Origin: Smithella sp.
GTDB taxonomy: Bacteria; Desulfobacterota; Syntrophia; Syntrophales; Smithellaceae
Assembly: GCA_012510495.1 (NCBI GenBank)
Contig: JAAZHX010000216.1
Span: 22-64,021, forward strand
Length of the DNA: 64,000 bases
Direction of reading: 5' to 3'
Each line of letters starts with the position of its first letter. The first letter of the stretch is position 1. Position numbers and translations under genes: made by a program. This document shows, in pieces, positions 26,428-35,840 of the stretch. The notes under the pieces were generated by a model, which had not been told where the DNA came from, ran no database searches, and saw only the letters and a program-made list of their open reading frames with translations.

Positions 26428-27465
26428 TTATTCCTGCAAATACGCCTGTAATTCTTTGCACAACTGCTCCGGCACAATCGGACAGATGATCTCATCGTGT
26501 AGTTTTTCAAAATAATTCAAATCGCTGGTGCCCAGGGGATTGATTTCGAAACGCGGAACAATTTTCCCCTGCACCCAGAAGTTTTTCTCCGGCGCCAGCG
26601 GCGCGTACAGGGAAAAATTGAAGCTCATGAAATTATTGATATACATGTGTAGAAAAACCCGGGAAAGCCCTTTGAGCAGCTCTTCAAAGTTGGCCTGGGT
26701 GAGATCAAAAAACGAGGTTTTCTCTCTGAAATAAAAATCAACTTCCCCGGCCATGCCCTTGGGCGAGAAAGCGGCAAGCCATGACACAACACCGGTGGAC
26801 GCGATGAAGCGCTCGCCCGCGTCCTGCTCCCTGGCCAGCAGGTTTCTCCACAGATTGCCGCCGCCGGAGGCAGCTTCGTAATTCTGAGCGCTGGCCAGCA
26901 GCCGCCGCATGAAATTGGTCGGCTTTTTACCCGCGATCGTCTGCAGGTGGGGATGAATCAGTCCGCCGCCTGCAGGCGGCATGTAATTCCAGTTGATCGA
27001 ACCGTACTGATACCCTTTCTGCAGTTCGGCCATCCGGTAAAAGTAGTCCCGGCAGACGGCAAAGCCGTCGCGCATGGCGTCGGGCGTCAGTTGATCCAGC
27101 CCCATGAAGTGGCGCTGCGAAAAGATCGCCACCGTGTTGGTCGCATCGTAAGGAAAAGCGTTGGGAAACAGGAAAGCGCTGCCTTTGGTGAATTTTCCGC
27201 CTTCGATGATGTCCGGCGTGAACCGGGGCGTCATTTTGTCAAAGAGCGCCGGGCAAAACGGACAGATCGATTCCGGCGATTTTTCCAGATAGACGGCGGT
27301 GTCCGGCTTCCGGGCCGGCCTTACACGGTAAGGAAGAATGCGGCTGGCCACGCCGGTGGTTTCGTCGTACCGCTCTTCAATGGTCATGTCTTTGGGCGCA
27401 AATCCGTCAAAGGGATTGAGGTACCGCCCGGTGACCGTTTCCTTGTGAAACCCGATATCTCTCAT
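26428..27465 (-). CDS. GalT-type HIT-superfamily nucleotidyl/phosphoryl transferase (galactose-1-phosphate uridylyltransferase family)
   Basis: CPFCP zinc motif, FPNAFP, and the active-site HPHLQ. It overlaps the upstream DHH gene by 4 nt. Confidence 0.75.
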   Translation of the reverse strand: MRDIGFHKETVTGRYLNPFDGFAPKDMTIEERYDETTGVASRILPYRVRPARKPDTAVYLEKSPESICPFCPALFDKMTPRFTPDIIEGGKFTKGSAFLFPNAFPYDATNTVAIFSQRHFMGLDQLTPDAMRDGFAVCRDYFYRMAELQKGYQYGSINWNYMPPAGGGLIHPHLQTIAGKKPTNFMRRLLASAQNYEAASGGGNLWRNLLAREQDAGERFIASTGVVSWLAAFSPKGMAGEVDFYFREKTSFFDLTQANFEELLKGLSRVFLHMYINNFMSFNFSLYAPLAPEKNFWVQGKIVPRFEINPLGTSDLNYFEKLHDEIICPIVPEQLCKELQAYLQE

Positions 27466-28523
27466 GTTTTCTCCTTCACGTTTTCAGCCGGCGGCGGCTC
27501 TTTGCGCGGAGCGCTTTTTCTCAGGCACTGGCGAAGAAAGCGATCCACGCTCTGCGGGGATAAGTCCCCTTTCAGCTCCGCCCTGAGAACGTCCAGCGGA
27601 ATTTCCAGTCGCGCGGCGCTGCGGTGTCCGCCTCCCTGGCCGATCCGGCCGCAGGCTTGCTGCGCCATCGCGCCACAGTCCTGGCGGTAGCCGTCGCCCC
27701 GGAAAATAATGACCAGCCGGTCGTTCACGATCCCCGCGACAACCACATACGAGGTTCCGATCACGCGCAGATAAAAATCCGCCACCTGCACACAGACATC
27801 CGGACTTTCCACGTGCCCCAGAAAACCGACGCGGCGGCCGCGGAAATGGGTCATGGAGTGAAAGGCATGATCGAAATATTTCAGATAGCTGCGCGGCGTC
27901 TGATTCAGCTCGATCCGGCGGATCAGCCGCAGATTGGCGTGCCGGGAATGATACGTGTAGGCGCGGATGTCTTCGGCCAGCGTCTCGCGGTCGAAATTAT
28001 CCGTGTCCGTCTTGATGCCGTAAAGCAGCGCCGTGTGCAGATTGCGGGAAATGCGCACCCGCGCGGCCAGGAGGTATTCCGTTAAAATCGTTGAAAGCGC
28101 CCCGTAAGAAGGCCGGATATCGGCAAGCTCGGCCTGCCAGTCGCCCTCGCGGGGATGATGATCCATGACAATGCTCGGCCGGGGAAACGCAAGGGCCTCT
28201 CCAAAAAAAGAAGGCTGCGCGTCCACCAGCGCAACAAGCCGGTATTGGGCGGCATCGACCTGGACAAGCGGCCGGATGTTGAGGCGCATCGCCTGCGCCA
28301 GTTCCCGGTTCTGCTGTCGCCGGATCGGCTCCGTCGCCGCAAAAACCCATTTGGACAGTCCTTTGGTACGCAGGAGGATTTCTCGAAGCGCCATGGCCGA
28401 AGCGATCGCGTCCGGGTCGGGGCTGTCGTGCATCAGCACAAGCAGCGAATCGTCCGGACGCGCGAGCTCGAGGAGCTTTTTGACATTCTGCTGCGTCTCA
28501 CTTTTGAAGGGCAAACGATGCAA
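27462..28523 (-). CDS. DHH/DHHA1 phosphoesterase (NrnA-like)
   Basis: DHH motifs (HDSPDPDAIAS, DHH region) and the DHHA1 GGGH motif (GQGGGHRSAA). Confidence 0.8.
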   Translation of the reverse strand: MHRLPFKSETQQNVKKLLELARPDDSLLVLMHDSPDPDAIASAMALREILLRTKGLSKWVFAATEPIRRQQNRELAQAMRLNIRPLVQVDAAQYRLVALVDAQPSFFGEALAFPRPSIVMDHHPREGDWQAELADIRPSYGALSTILTEYLLAARVRISRNLHTALLYGIKTDTDNFDRETLAEDIRAYTYHSRHANLRLIRRIELNQTPRSYLKYFDHAFHSMTHFRGRRVGFLGHVESPDVCVQVADFYLRVIGTSYVVVAGIVNDRLVIIFRGDGYRQDCGAMAQQACGRIGQGGGHRSAARLEIPLDVLRAELKGDLSPQSVDRFLRQCLRKSAPRKEPPPAENVKEKT

Positions 28524-28529
28524 TAGACC

Positions 28530-29582
28530 TCACTCCAAGAAAATTTTACCCGGATGATCGGCCACGACGTCGCCAACGACGGCCGCGTCCCTGATGCCCG
28601 CCCGGCGCATGGCCTCCGCAAGAGGCGCCGCCTTGGCGGCCGGCAGGCTGAAAAACAGACCGCCCGCCGTCTGCGGATCGAAGCCCACATCAAAAATCCA
28701 GTCCGGACAGGAAGACACCTTTTCCACCTGGCGCAGGCGGTAGTTCCGGTTGCGGTAAAGACCGCCGGGAAGGTAGCCGGATTCCACCAGATCCCGCACA
28801 CCCTCCAGAATCGGGATCCGGTCTGCCCGGATCCGCAGGCCGATATCGCTGCCTTCAATGGTTTCACAGGCGTGTCCGAGGAAACCGAATCCGGTGATAT
28901 CCGTGCAGGAATGGATGTCCCCCGCGGCGATCATCAGATCAGCGGCTTTTTTATTGAGCGTTGTCATACAGCGCGTAGCCTCTTCGATCAGGCCCGGGGC
29001 GGCCACCCCCGCCTTGATGGCCGTCGCGGCGATGCCCGTGCCCAGCGGCTTGGTCAGAATGAGTTTATCGCCTGCGCGGGCGCCGCGATTGAAAAGAACG
29101 CGGTCCGGATGAACCGTGCCGGTCACCGACAGGCCGTATTTGATTTCGTTGTCTTCCACGCTGTGGCCACCGACGAGCAGCACACCCGCTTCGCGCATCT
29201 TATCCAGCCCCCCGAGCAAAACATCGCGCAGTACCGATTTGTCCATGGTCTTGATGGGAAAACAGACGATGTTCATGGCGGTCAGGGGCGCGCCCCCCAT
29301 CGCGTAGATATCGTTGAGGGCGTTGACTGCGGCAATCTGACCGAAGGTGAAAGGATCATCCACCGTCGGCGTGAAAAAATCTACGGTCTGCACCAGCGCC
29401 AGGTCGTCGGAAATTTTATACACGCCCGCGTCTTCCGCATGTTCATACCCGGTCACCAGTTTCGGATCGGAAACAAACGGCAAATCTTTGAGAATGTCAG
29501 ACAGGTCCCCCGGACCGATCTTGCAGGCTCAACCCGCACTCGATACGGTTTGGCTCAAACGAACGGATTTTTTTTCTTCCAT
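28530..29582 (-). CDS. selD: Selenide, water dikinase (selenophosphate synthetase), Sec-containing
   Basis: The ATG at 29582 gives MEEKKSVRLSQTVSSAG[TGA at 29531-29529]ACKIGPGDL..., the canonical G-U/C-x-CK active-site loop. A GGUCC-GGG-GGACC hairpin follows the UGA. The rest is a typical SelD/AIR-synthase fold. Confidence 0.9.
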
Positions 29583-29878
29583 AGTTCCTCAACCCAAAAA
29601 ATCATTTGCGCTCCTTTGCTTGAAGCGTTTGATTTTTTAGCATAGAAGCCGTTATTTTCCAAATGGATTTCGGAAAAGATAACGGCCCTGAATCCGAACA
29701 GCCGGTTTGTCCGATAGGCTGCCGGAGGGTCCGCAGGCTCTCCGGATAATACAAAACGCTTTTCCTGACCGCTCCGACAGATCGCCCAGGCAACAACCCG
29801 GCAGGAGGGTATTGTTTTTTGTTGATTTATTTGCGCCATTCAGATTATAGGGAATCACCTTTGAAAAGGATACCGGGC

Positions 29879-31264
29879 ATGTCCATTCGTTATTACAGCA
29901 CCAATCGCCATGTAAAACAGACTGCGGGAATTACGCCCTTTACCGGAAGCGTGTCTTTCCGGGAAGCGCTGCTCGCGGGGCAGGCGCCGGATGAAGGCTT
30001 GTTTGTTCCCGACGCTATTCCACAGCTTTCCATGAAGGATATTATTGCGCTTCGCGACCAGCCTTACTGGCGGGCCGCGCTGCTGGTCGCCCGGGCGTTT
30101 CTGTCTGATGAATTTTCGTCCGGCGTTCTGGAGACGATTGTCAGGGACGCCTACAATTATCCCGTCCCGCTGGAAGCGGTTTATCCGCGCGCCTTCATCC
30201 TCCGGCTGGACCAGGGGCCCACGGCGTCCTTCAAGGATTTTGCCGCCCGGATGATGGCCCGGCTCATGAGCCACTGCCGACCCGAAGGGGAGAGACTCAA
30301 TATTCTGGTGGCGACTTCCGGCGATACAGGAAGCGCGGTGGGAGAAGCCTACAAGGGCGTTGACGGCATAGACGTCATCATCCTGTATCCGGCGGATGAA
30401 GTTAGCCTGATGCAGAAAAAGCAGCTCGACACCATAGGCGGTAACGTGCGGGCCATGTGCGTTGACGGAAAATTCGACGACTGTCAGAACCTGGTCAAAG
30501 AAGCGTTTGCCGACAAAGATCTGGCCCGGTTCAATCTGTCGTCGGCCAATTCGATCAACTTCGGGCGCATTCTGCCGCAGATCGTTTACTACATCTATGC
30601 TTACGCCCAACTGGCCGGCGCAGGCGAGGAAGCGGCGGTCTCCGTTCCCTCCGGCAATTTCGGAAACGCCCTGGGGTGCGAATACGCACGCCGGATGGGA
30701 TTGCCGGTGGCAAAACTGATCATGCCCACCAATGAAAATGACGAGTTTCCCGCTTTTCTGGAAACCGGAACTTATACGAAAGTGTCGCCGTCGCGCGCCT
30801 GCATTTCCAACGCCATGAACGTGGGGCATCCCAGCAATCTGGCGCGATTCTTTGAATTATACGGGGGCACCGTCGACCGCACGGGCACAGTTCACCGCTA
30901 TCCCGACCTGGATGAAATGCGGCGCCGCATTTTTTCCGTGAGCGTCAGCGACGGGGAAACCCGGCAAACCATCAAAAGCGTGTATGAGCGCTACCGCGTG
31001 ATTCTGGAGCCGCACGGAGCGGTCGGCTGGGCGGGATTTGCGGCCTACCAGAAAAAAACCGGCGACGCGAGGCTGGCCATCTGCCTGGAAACCGCCCATC
31101 CGGCAAAGTTTCCGGATGAAACCAAAGACCTGCTGGGAATCGACCCTGAGCCGCCGGAAAGCATGCAGGGGCTGGTCGTCCGGGAGGGAAGCGCCATCAA
31201 CATGCCCGGAGATTTTGCCGCCTTTAAAACGTATCTGCAGACGCATCTGAAAATCAAAAAATAA
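29879..31264 (+). CDS. thrC: Threonine synthase
   Basis: FKDFA PLP-lysine motif and the ThrC N-terminal domain (FREALLAGQAPDEGLFVP). Confidence 0.9.
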   Translation: MSIRYYSTNRHVKQTAGITPFTGSVSFREALLAGQAPDEGLFVPDAIPQLSMKDIIALRDQPYWRAALLVARAFLSDEFSSGVLETIVRDAYNYPVPLEAVYPRAFILRLDQGPTASFKDFAARMMARLMSHCRPEGERLNILVATSGDTGSAVGEAYKGVDGIDVIILYPADEVSLMQKKQLDTIGGNVRAMCVDGKFDDCQNLVKEAFADKDLARFNLSSANSINFGRILPQIVYYIYAYAQLAGAGEEAAVSVPSGNFGNALGCEYARRMGLPVAKLIMPTNENDEFPAFLETGTYTKVSPSRACISNAMNVGHPSNLARFFELYGGTVDRTGTVHRYPDLDEMRRRIFSVSVSDGETRQTIKSVYERYRVILEPHGAVGWAGFAAYQKKTGDARLAICLETAHPAKFPDETKDLLGIDPEPPESMQGLVVREGSAINMPGDFAAFKTYLQTHLKIKK

Positions 31265-31312
31265 AAACCGGATACCGGGACCGGCGGATCCCGTCAAACC
31301 TTGTGGCAACAG

Positions 31313-32080
31313 ATGAAAACACCGGCAGAAAACCCCAAAAACCAGACGCGTCCAAAGGCGCGGAAACGGAATTTTTCCCCGGGGGACCTGGTTGTTGAAA
31401 CCGGCCGCTTTTTCCTGGGCGTGCCTTACCAGGAAGGCACACTGGAAAAAACGGGCCGCGAAAAGCTGATCGTCAATCTTCGCGCGTTTGACTGCACCAC
31501 CTTTGTGGAAACCGTGCTGGCTCTGGTCCGGTGCGCCGCATCCGGAAAGTTCAGCGCGCCGGAATTCCGCAGGAACCTCCGGCACATTCGCTACCGCGGG
31601 GGAAAAATCGACGGCTACGCCTCCCGCCTCCACTACTTTACGGACTGGCTCGCCGATAATCAGAAAAAAAAGGTGCTCAGGGACATATCAAGGCTTCTGG
31701 GCGGCGTACGAGAGCGAAAAGAAATTCATTTCATAACGACCCACAGCGAACGGTACGCCGCTCTGTCCCGTCAAACCCGGACGGAACAAATGCGGCAAAC
31801 GGAGAGAAGGCTGTCACGCAGGTCATTTTACACAATCGGCAGCAAACGGGTCTCCCAAATGCAGGACGGCATTCAGCCGGGAGACATCGTCGCGTTTACG
31901 ACAAACCAGGAAGGACTGGATGTGGCGCATGTCGGATTTGCCGTCCGCGAACGCGGCCGCCTGCGCCTGCTGCACGCCTCGCGCCGGGAAGGCGCTGTGG
32001 CGGTTTCCATCGAAACGCTTCCTGCATACCTGCGCCGCCGCGGGAACCTTACCGGCATCCTGGTTGCCCGGCCTCTGTAG
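31313..32080 (+). CDS. DUF1460 domain protein (amidase-like)
   Basis: The pattern FDCTTFVETVLAL...GYASRLHYFTDW is typical of DUF1460. An alternative TTG start lies at 31301. Confidence 0.6.
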   Translation: MKTPAENPKNQTRPKARKRNFSPGDLVVETGRFFLGVPYQEGTLEKTGREKLIVNLRAFDCTTFVETVLALVRCAASGKFSAPEFRRNLRHIRYRGGKIDGYASRLHYFTDWLADNQKKKVLRDISRLLGGVRERKEIHFITTHSERYAALSRQTRTEQMRQTERRLSRRSFYTIGSKRVSQMQDGIQPGDIVAFTTNQEGLDVAHVGFAVRERGRLRLLHASRREGAVAVSIETLPAYLRRRGNLTGILVARPL

Positions 32081-32195
32081 CGCCGCGCCGGGAAAAACCG
32101 CGCTCCTTCTTTTCCCCGTGCATTTTCACCTTTATTTTTAAGCGCACATATATTAAGATGAGGACAAATTTTGCAAGCCAACACAGGAGGCGACT

Positions 32196-32633
32196 ATGAA
32201 CTATGTCAGGGACATTCTCAGGACGAAGGACGGCAAGATTCAGACGATTTCTCCCAAGGCAACCGTATATGAAGCCCTGGAAAAAATGAACGAGAAGGAA
32301 ATCGGCGCTCTGGTGGTTATGGAAAACAATAAGGTGGTGGGTATCTTTTCGGAGAGAGACTATGCCAGAAAAATTATCCTTCAGGGGAAAACCTCCAAGA
32401 AGACCCTGGTCAAGGAAGCCATGTCTTCCCATTTGTTCTCCGTCACCCCGGATACCACCGTGGAAGATGCAATGGTCCTGATGACGGGAAAGCATGTCCG
32501 GCATCTTCCGGTGTTTGAAAAGTCCAAATTCGTCGGCATCATTTCCATCGGCGACGTCCTGAAGCTGGTTATCTCCAACAAAGATTTTCTCATTAACCAG
32601 CTGAGCGACTACATCGCGGGGAAATACTATTAA
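32196..32633 (+). CDS. CBS domain pair protein
   Basis: Two CBS repeats (GALVVMENNKVVGIFSERD; RHLPVFEKSKFVGIISIGD). Confidence 0.85.
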   Translation: MNYVRDILRTKDGKIQTISPKATVYEALEKMNEKEIGALVVMENNKVVGIFSERDYARKIILQGKTSKKTLVKEAMSSHLFSVTPDTTVEDAMVLMTGKHVRHLPVFEKSKFVGIISIGDVLKLVISNKDFLINQLSDYIAGKYY

Positions 32634-32642
32634 ACCGCAGTT

Positions 32643-32696
32643 TTTTCCCCGAAGACGGAATTTCCAGGCGTCCCTTCGGGGAAAATTGTTTTTTTT
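32643..32696 (+). terminator. Rho-independent terminator
   Basis: 12-bp perfect stem TTTTCCCCGAAG / CTTCGGGGAAAA followed by T8. Confidence 0.8.
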
Positions 32697-32794
32697 CGCC
32701 GCTGGCTGCGCCGGGCCGGGCCGGCTTTCTCGGCGCCTGTTCTTCCCGCAAGTCCGTCTCCCCTCTTCCGGAAGGCGTTTTTTCGCCTTGCTCC

Positions 32795-32824
32795 TTGACA
32801 TCCGCCGGCGAATGCCGTTATAAA
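32795..32824 (+). promoter_or_regulatory. Sigma-70-like promoter
   Basis: TTGACA, 18-nt spacer, TATAAA, upstream of the 32861 ATG. Confidence 0.45.
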
Positions 32825-32860
32825 GAAACATCATATCTTTCAAACTGGAAACGCGCCGTC

Positions 32861-34312
32861 ATGGATTGGGTCAACGCCGCTGCATCCGTCATCAAGAACA
32901 TACGAATTCAGGACATCCTGGACATGGCGATTATCGCCGGGATGATTTTCGCCCTCTCGATGTGGTTCAAAACCAGGGCGTCGCGATTTGTCCTGATCGG
33001 CATCCTGCTTCTTGGCGGCGTATATCTGGCCGCCCGGTTTTTTCAGCTTTATCTTACCGTGATTGTGCTCCAGGGGTTTTTTGCCATTTTGCTGTTCGTG
33101 CTGGTAGTGATCTTTCAGGAAGACCTGCGCGGCTTCTTTGAGCGCATCGCCATGCTCGGGGCGCTGCACAAGGAGACACCGCCCCTGTCCCGGCTGGAAA
33201 AAACCGCGGAGGTTATCGCGGAAACCGCAGGCAATCTTGCCAAGAAGCGCGTCGGCGCTCTGATGGTCATCCAGGGAAATGATCCGCTGGACCGTCATTT
33301 GACCGGCGGCGTTGCTTTGCACGGTGCCGTCAGTGGACCGCTTCTGGAAAGCCTTTTCGATCCCCATTCCCCGGGTCACGACGGGGCGGTGGTTCTCAAG
33401 GATGACCGCGTGGCGATGTTCGGCTGTCATTTGCCCCTGTCCGTTAATACCGCCCGGCGTGGAAACATGGGCCTGCGCCACACGGCCGCACTGGGGCTGA
33501 CGGAGCGCTCGGACGCCTTGTGCGTTGTCGTGTCCGAAGAGCGCGGCAGCATCTCCGTTTCCGAGGGAGAGTCGCTTTCCGTCGTCCCCGGCGCTTCGAC
33601 GCTTCACGAGGTCCTGGAGCAGTATTACGCAAAATACCGGCCCGCGCCGCAAAAAAGGCCTGTCTGGGCCTGGATTCGCGAAAACACAAAGGAAAAACTG
33701 ATCGCCGTCGGCCTGGCCTGTTTGTTGTGGGCGACCTTCGGCTATCAGCGGGATACGGTGCGCCGCGACTTTTTCGTTCCCCTCGAGTATAAAAATCTGC
33801 CGGCCGGCTGGCAGCTTGACGAACCGCAGATCAAGGACATCAGGTTGACCCTGCAGGGGCCCGAACAGGCCTTCCGGCTGATGAATGAGGATTCGCTGAA
33901 GCTCTCCCTGGATTTGTCCGGGCTGACCCTGAGAAAACAGGAGTTTCCCCTGACCCGGGACATGGCAAACGCGCCACCGGGCTTGTCGATTGCCAAGATC
34001 AGCCCCGCCAATGTCAAGGTTTTCGCGTCACAGCAGGTTGACGCGCATCTGCCGGTCCACGTCGCAACGGTCAACCGGCTGCCGGATCATCTGGTCCTGC
34101 AGAAAATATCCGTGAAACCGGCCGCGCTCCCGGTGAAGCTGAACCCCCGGATGAATCCCGGCGGCATGCGGCTGGAAACGGAGCCGGTCGATTTGCAAAA
34201 CATCACTTCCTCCGTGACGACGACGCTGAAGGTCAACGCCGTTCCCGGAGCTTCTTTCCCGGATGGAAAATCCGCGCAGGTCCGGGTGATTGTCCGCGTC
34301 ACAAAGAAATAA
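32861..34312 (+). CDS. cdaA: Diadenylate cyclase CdaA fused to YbbR/CdaR-like repeats
   Basis: Three N-terminal TM helices. DAC domain motifs (HDGAVVL, GLRHTAALGLTE, VVVSEERGSIS). A roughly 200-aa YbbR-like beta-rich C-terminus. Confidence 0.8.
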   Translation: MDWVNAAASVIKNIRIQDILDMAIIAGMIFALSMWFKTRASRFVLIGILLLGGVYLAARFFQLYLTVIVLQGFFAILLFVLVVIFQEDLRGFFERIAMLGALHKETPPLSRLEKTAEVIAETAGNLAKKRVGALMVIQGNDPLDRHLTGGVALHGAVSGPLLESLFDPHSPGHDGAVVLKDDRVAMFGCHLPLSVNTARRGNMGLRHTAALGLTERSDALCVVVSEERGSISVSEGESLSVVPGASTLHEVLEQYYAKYRPAPQKRPVWAWIRENTKEKLIAVGLACLLWATFGYQRDTVRRDFFVPLEYKNLPAGWQLDEPQIKDIRLTLQGPEQAFRLMNEDSLKLSLDLSGLTLRKQEFPLTRDMANAPPGLSIAKISPANVKVFASQQVDAHLPVHVATVNRLPDHLVLQKISVKPAALPVKLNPRMNPGGMRLETEPVDLQNITSSVTTTLKVNAVPGASFPDGKSAQVRVIVRVTKK

Positions 34313-34493
34313 GGAGCTGGGCCGGTGATTGGACTTCTTTGCCGTCCCTGGCTTCCTGTTGATCATCGCCCTGGGAATGCTCCTGTTGTCCCGCAGGAAA
34401 AAATGGATTTGAAAAATCGCCAAAAAGGTTGCAATCGCCGTTAAAATATGTTCAGTTTTCAGACGTAATCATATTCTTTCAGGAGGAAACCCC

Positions 34494-34976
34494 ATGCAGG
34501 TATTTTCAGCAAGTGACATCGTCGAAGTGGCGATTAGAATTGAGGAAAATGGAATCAATTTTTATAATTTCGCCGAACAGATCGCCCGGCAGGAAGATGC
34601 GAAAAAACTCTTTTCCCAGCTCGCACTGGCGGAAGCCGCGCACAAACGCACGTTTGAAAAGTTTTTCGCCACCATGGAAAAATACAATCCGCCGGAACAG
34701 TATGCCGGAGAATACAGCGCCTATCTGCGCAACTATGTGGACAACAACCTGATTTTTACCAAAGAAGTCATGGACCGGCAGCTCGCAAAGGTGACGGACA
34801 CGGTGGGCGCCTTTGAATTTGCGATGCAGCGCGAACTGGATTCAGTCCTTTACTACCATGAAATCAAAAACCTGGTCCCCGCGGCACAGCACGAAGCCAT
34901 CGACAAAATCATTGAAGAGGAAAGACAGCACTACACGATGCTGTGCGGCATGAAAAAACACTACGAAAACCGGTAG
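34494..34976 (+). CDS. Ferritin-like / rubrerythrin-family diiron protein (no rubredoxin domain)
   Basis: ExxH pairs (LAEAAH; EEERQH) in a four-helix-bundle-length protein. Confidence 0.7.
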   Translation: MQVFSASDIVEVAIRIEENGINFYNFAEQIARQEDAKKLFSQLALAEAAHKRTFEKFFATMEKYNPPEQYAGEYSAYLRNYVDNNLIFTKEVMDRQLAKVTDTVGAFEFAMQRELDSVLYYHEIKNLVPAAQHEAIDKIIEEERQHYTMLCGMKKHYENR

Positions 34977-35065
34977 TGGGATAACGCCGCGGGCAGACCC
35001 GGGTCAAACCTTATTGAGCCGTTCGACAAAACATTGCTTCGTACTTTGACTGGGGAAAGAAAACG

Positions 35066-35809
35066 GTGAATAACATGCTGCGAATCTTGTATCAGCCCTA
35101 CAAGTGGCTGATTTTTGCTCCGTATCTGGCGGTCTCCACTCTCTTTTTCGGCGCCCTGACGATGGTGCTGGCCGTCGTCACGAATCCCCGGATCACCAGC
35201 TTCATCTGCGGGACGATCTGGGCCCGTCTCAACGGCTATCTCACGCCGATGCGGGTTCGGGTCACGGGAAGAAACAACATCGTCAAAACGCAGTCCTACG
35301 TCATTGTCGCCAACCATCAAAGCCAATACGACATCTTCGTCCTGTACGGCTGGCTGGGAATCGATTTCAAATGGGTGATGAAGCAGGAATTGAGAAAAGT
35401 GCCGGGCATCGGAATCGGCTGCGAAAAAGTAGGGCATATTTTCATCGACCGGTCCAACCGTGAAAAGGCCCTCGCCTCGCTTGGCGCGGCAAAAGAAAAG
35501 ATCGTCAACGGCACATCGGTCATTTTCTTTCCGGAAGGCACCAGAAGCAGGGACGGCCGGCTGGGCGTCTTTAAAAAGGGGGCCTTTAAAATGGCTGTGG
35601 ATCTCCGGCTGCCGATTTTGCCCATCACCATCGTCGGCACGCGCGATATTCTGCCGACGGATTCCACCGATCTTTTTCCCGGGCGGGCGCATATGATGAT
35701 CCACCCGCCGATCGATACCGCGGACTACACGGATGACAACCTGGACGAACTGATGGACCGGGCGCGCCGTGTCATTGAATCGGGCCTCCGGGAGTCCGCG
35801 GCCGGATAA
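35066..35809 (+). CDS. plsC: 1-acyl-sn-glycerol-3-phosphate acyltransferase
   Basis: NHQSQYD (HX4D) and FPEGTRS motifs, with an N-terminal TM helix. Confidence 0.85.
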   Translation: MNNMLRILYQPYKWLIFAPYLAVSTLFFGALTMVLAVVTNPRITSFICGTIWARLNGYLTPMRVRVTGRNNIVKTQSYVIVANHQSQYDIFVLYGWLGIDFKWVMKQELRKVPGIGIGCEKVGHIFIDRSNREKALASLGAAKEKIVNGTSVIFFPEGTRSRDGRLGVFKKGAFKMAVDLRLPILPITIVGTRDILPTDSTDLFPGRAHMMIHPPIDTADYTDDNLDELMDRARRVIESGLRESAAG

Positions 35810-35840
35810 TGCCGTCTCCGGGGCGTTTCCACCGGCTCTC

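Noticed and set aside
29583-29878. The structured intergenic region with the CCGGAG-N10-CTCCGG hairpin between selD and thrC, as a possible riboswitch.
   Set aside because: I could not match it to any riboswitch core that I know. It most likely holds divergent promoters and 5' UTRs.
34329-34412. A 27-codon TTG-initiated ORF encoding a TM-plus-basic tail (FFAVPGFLLIIALGMLLLSRRKKWI), PEP-CTERM-like.
   Set aside because: It has no properly spaced SD, a non-ATG start, and no upstream domain in frame. It may be a remnant.
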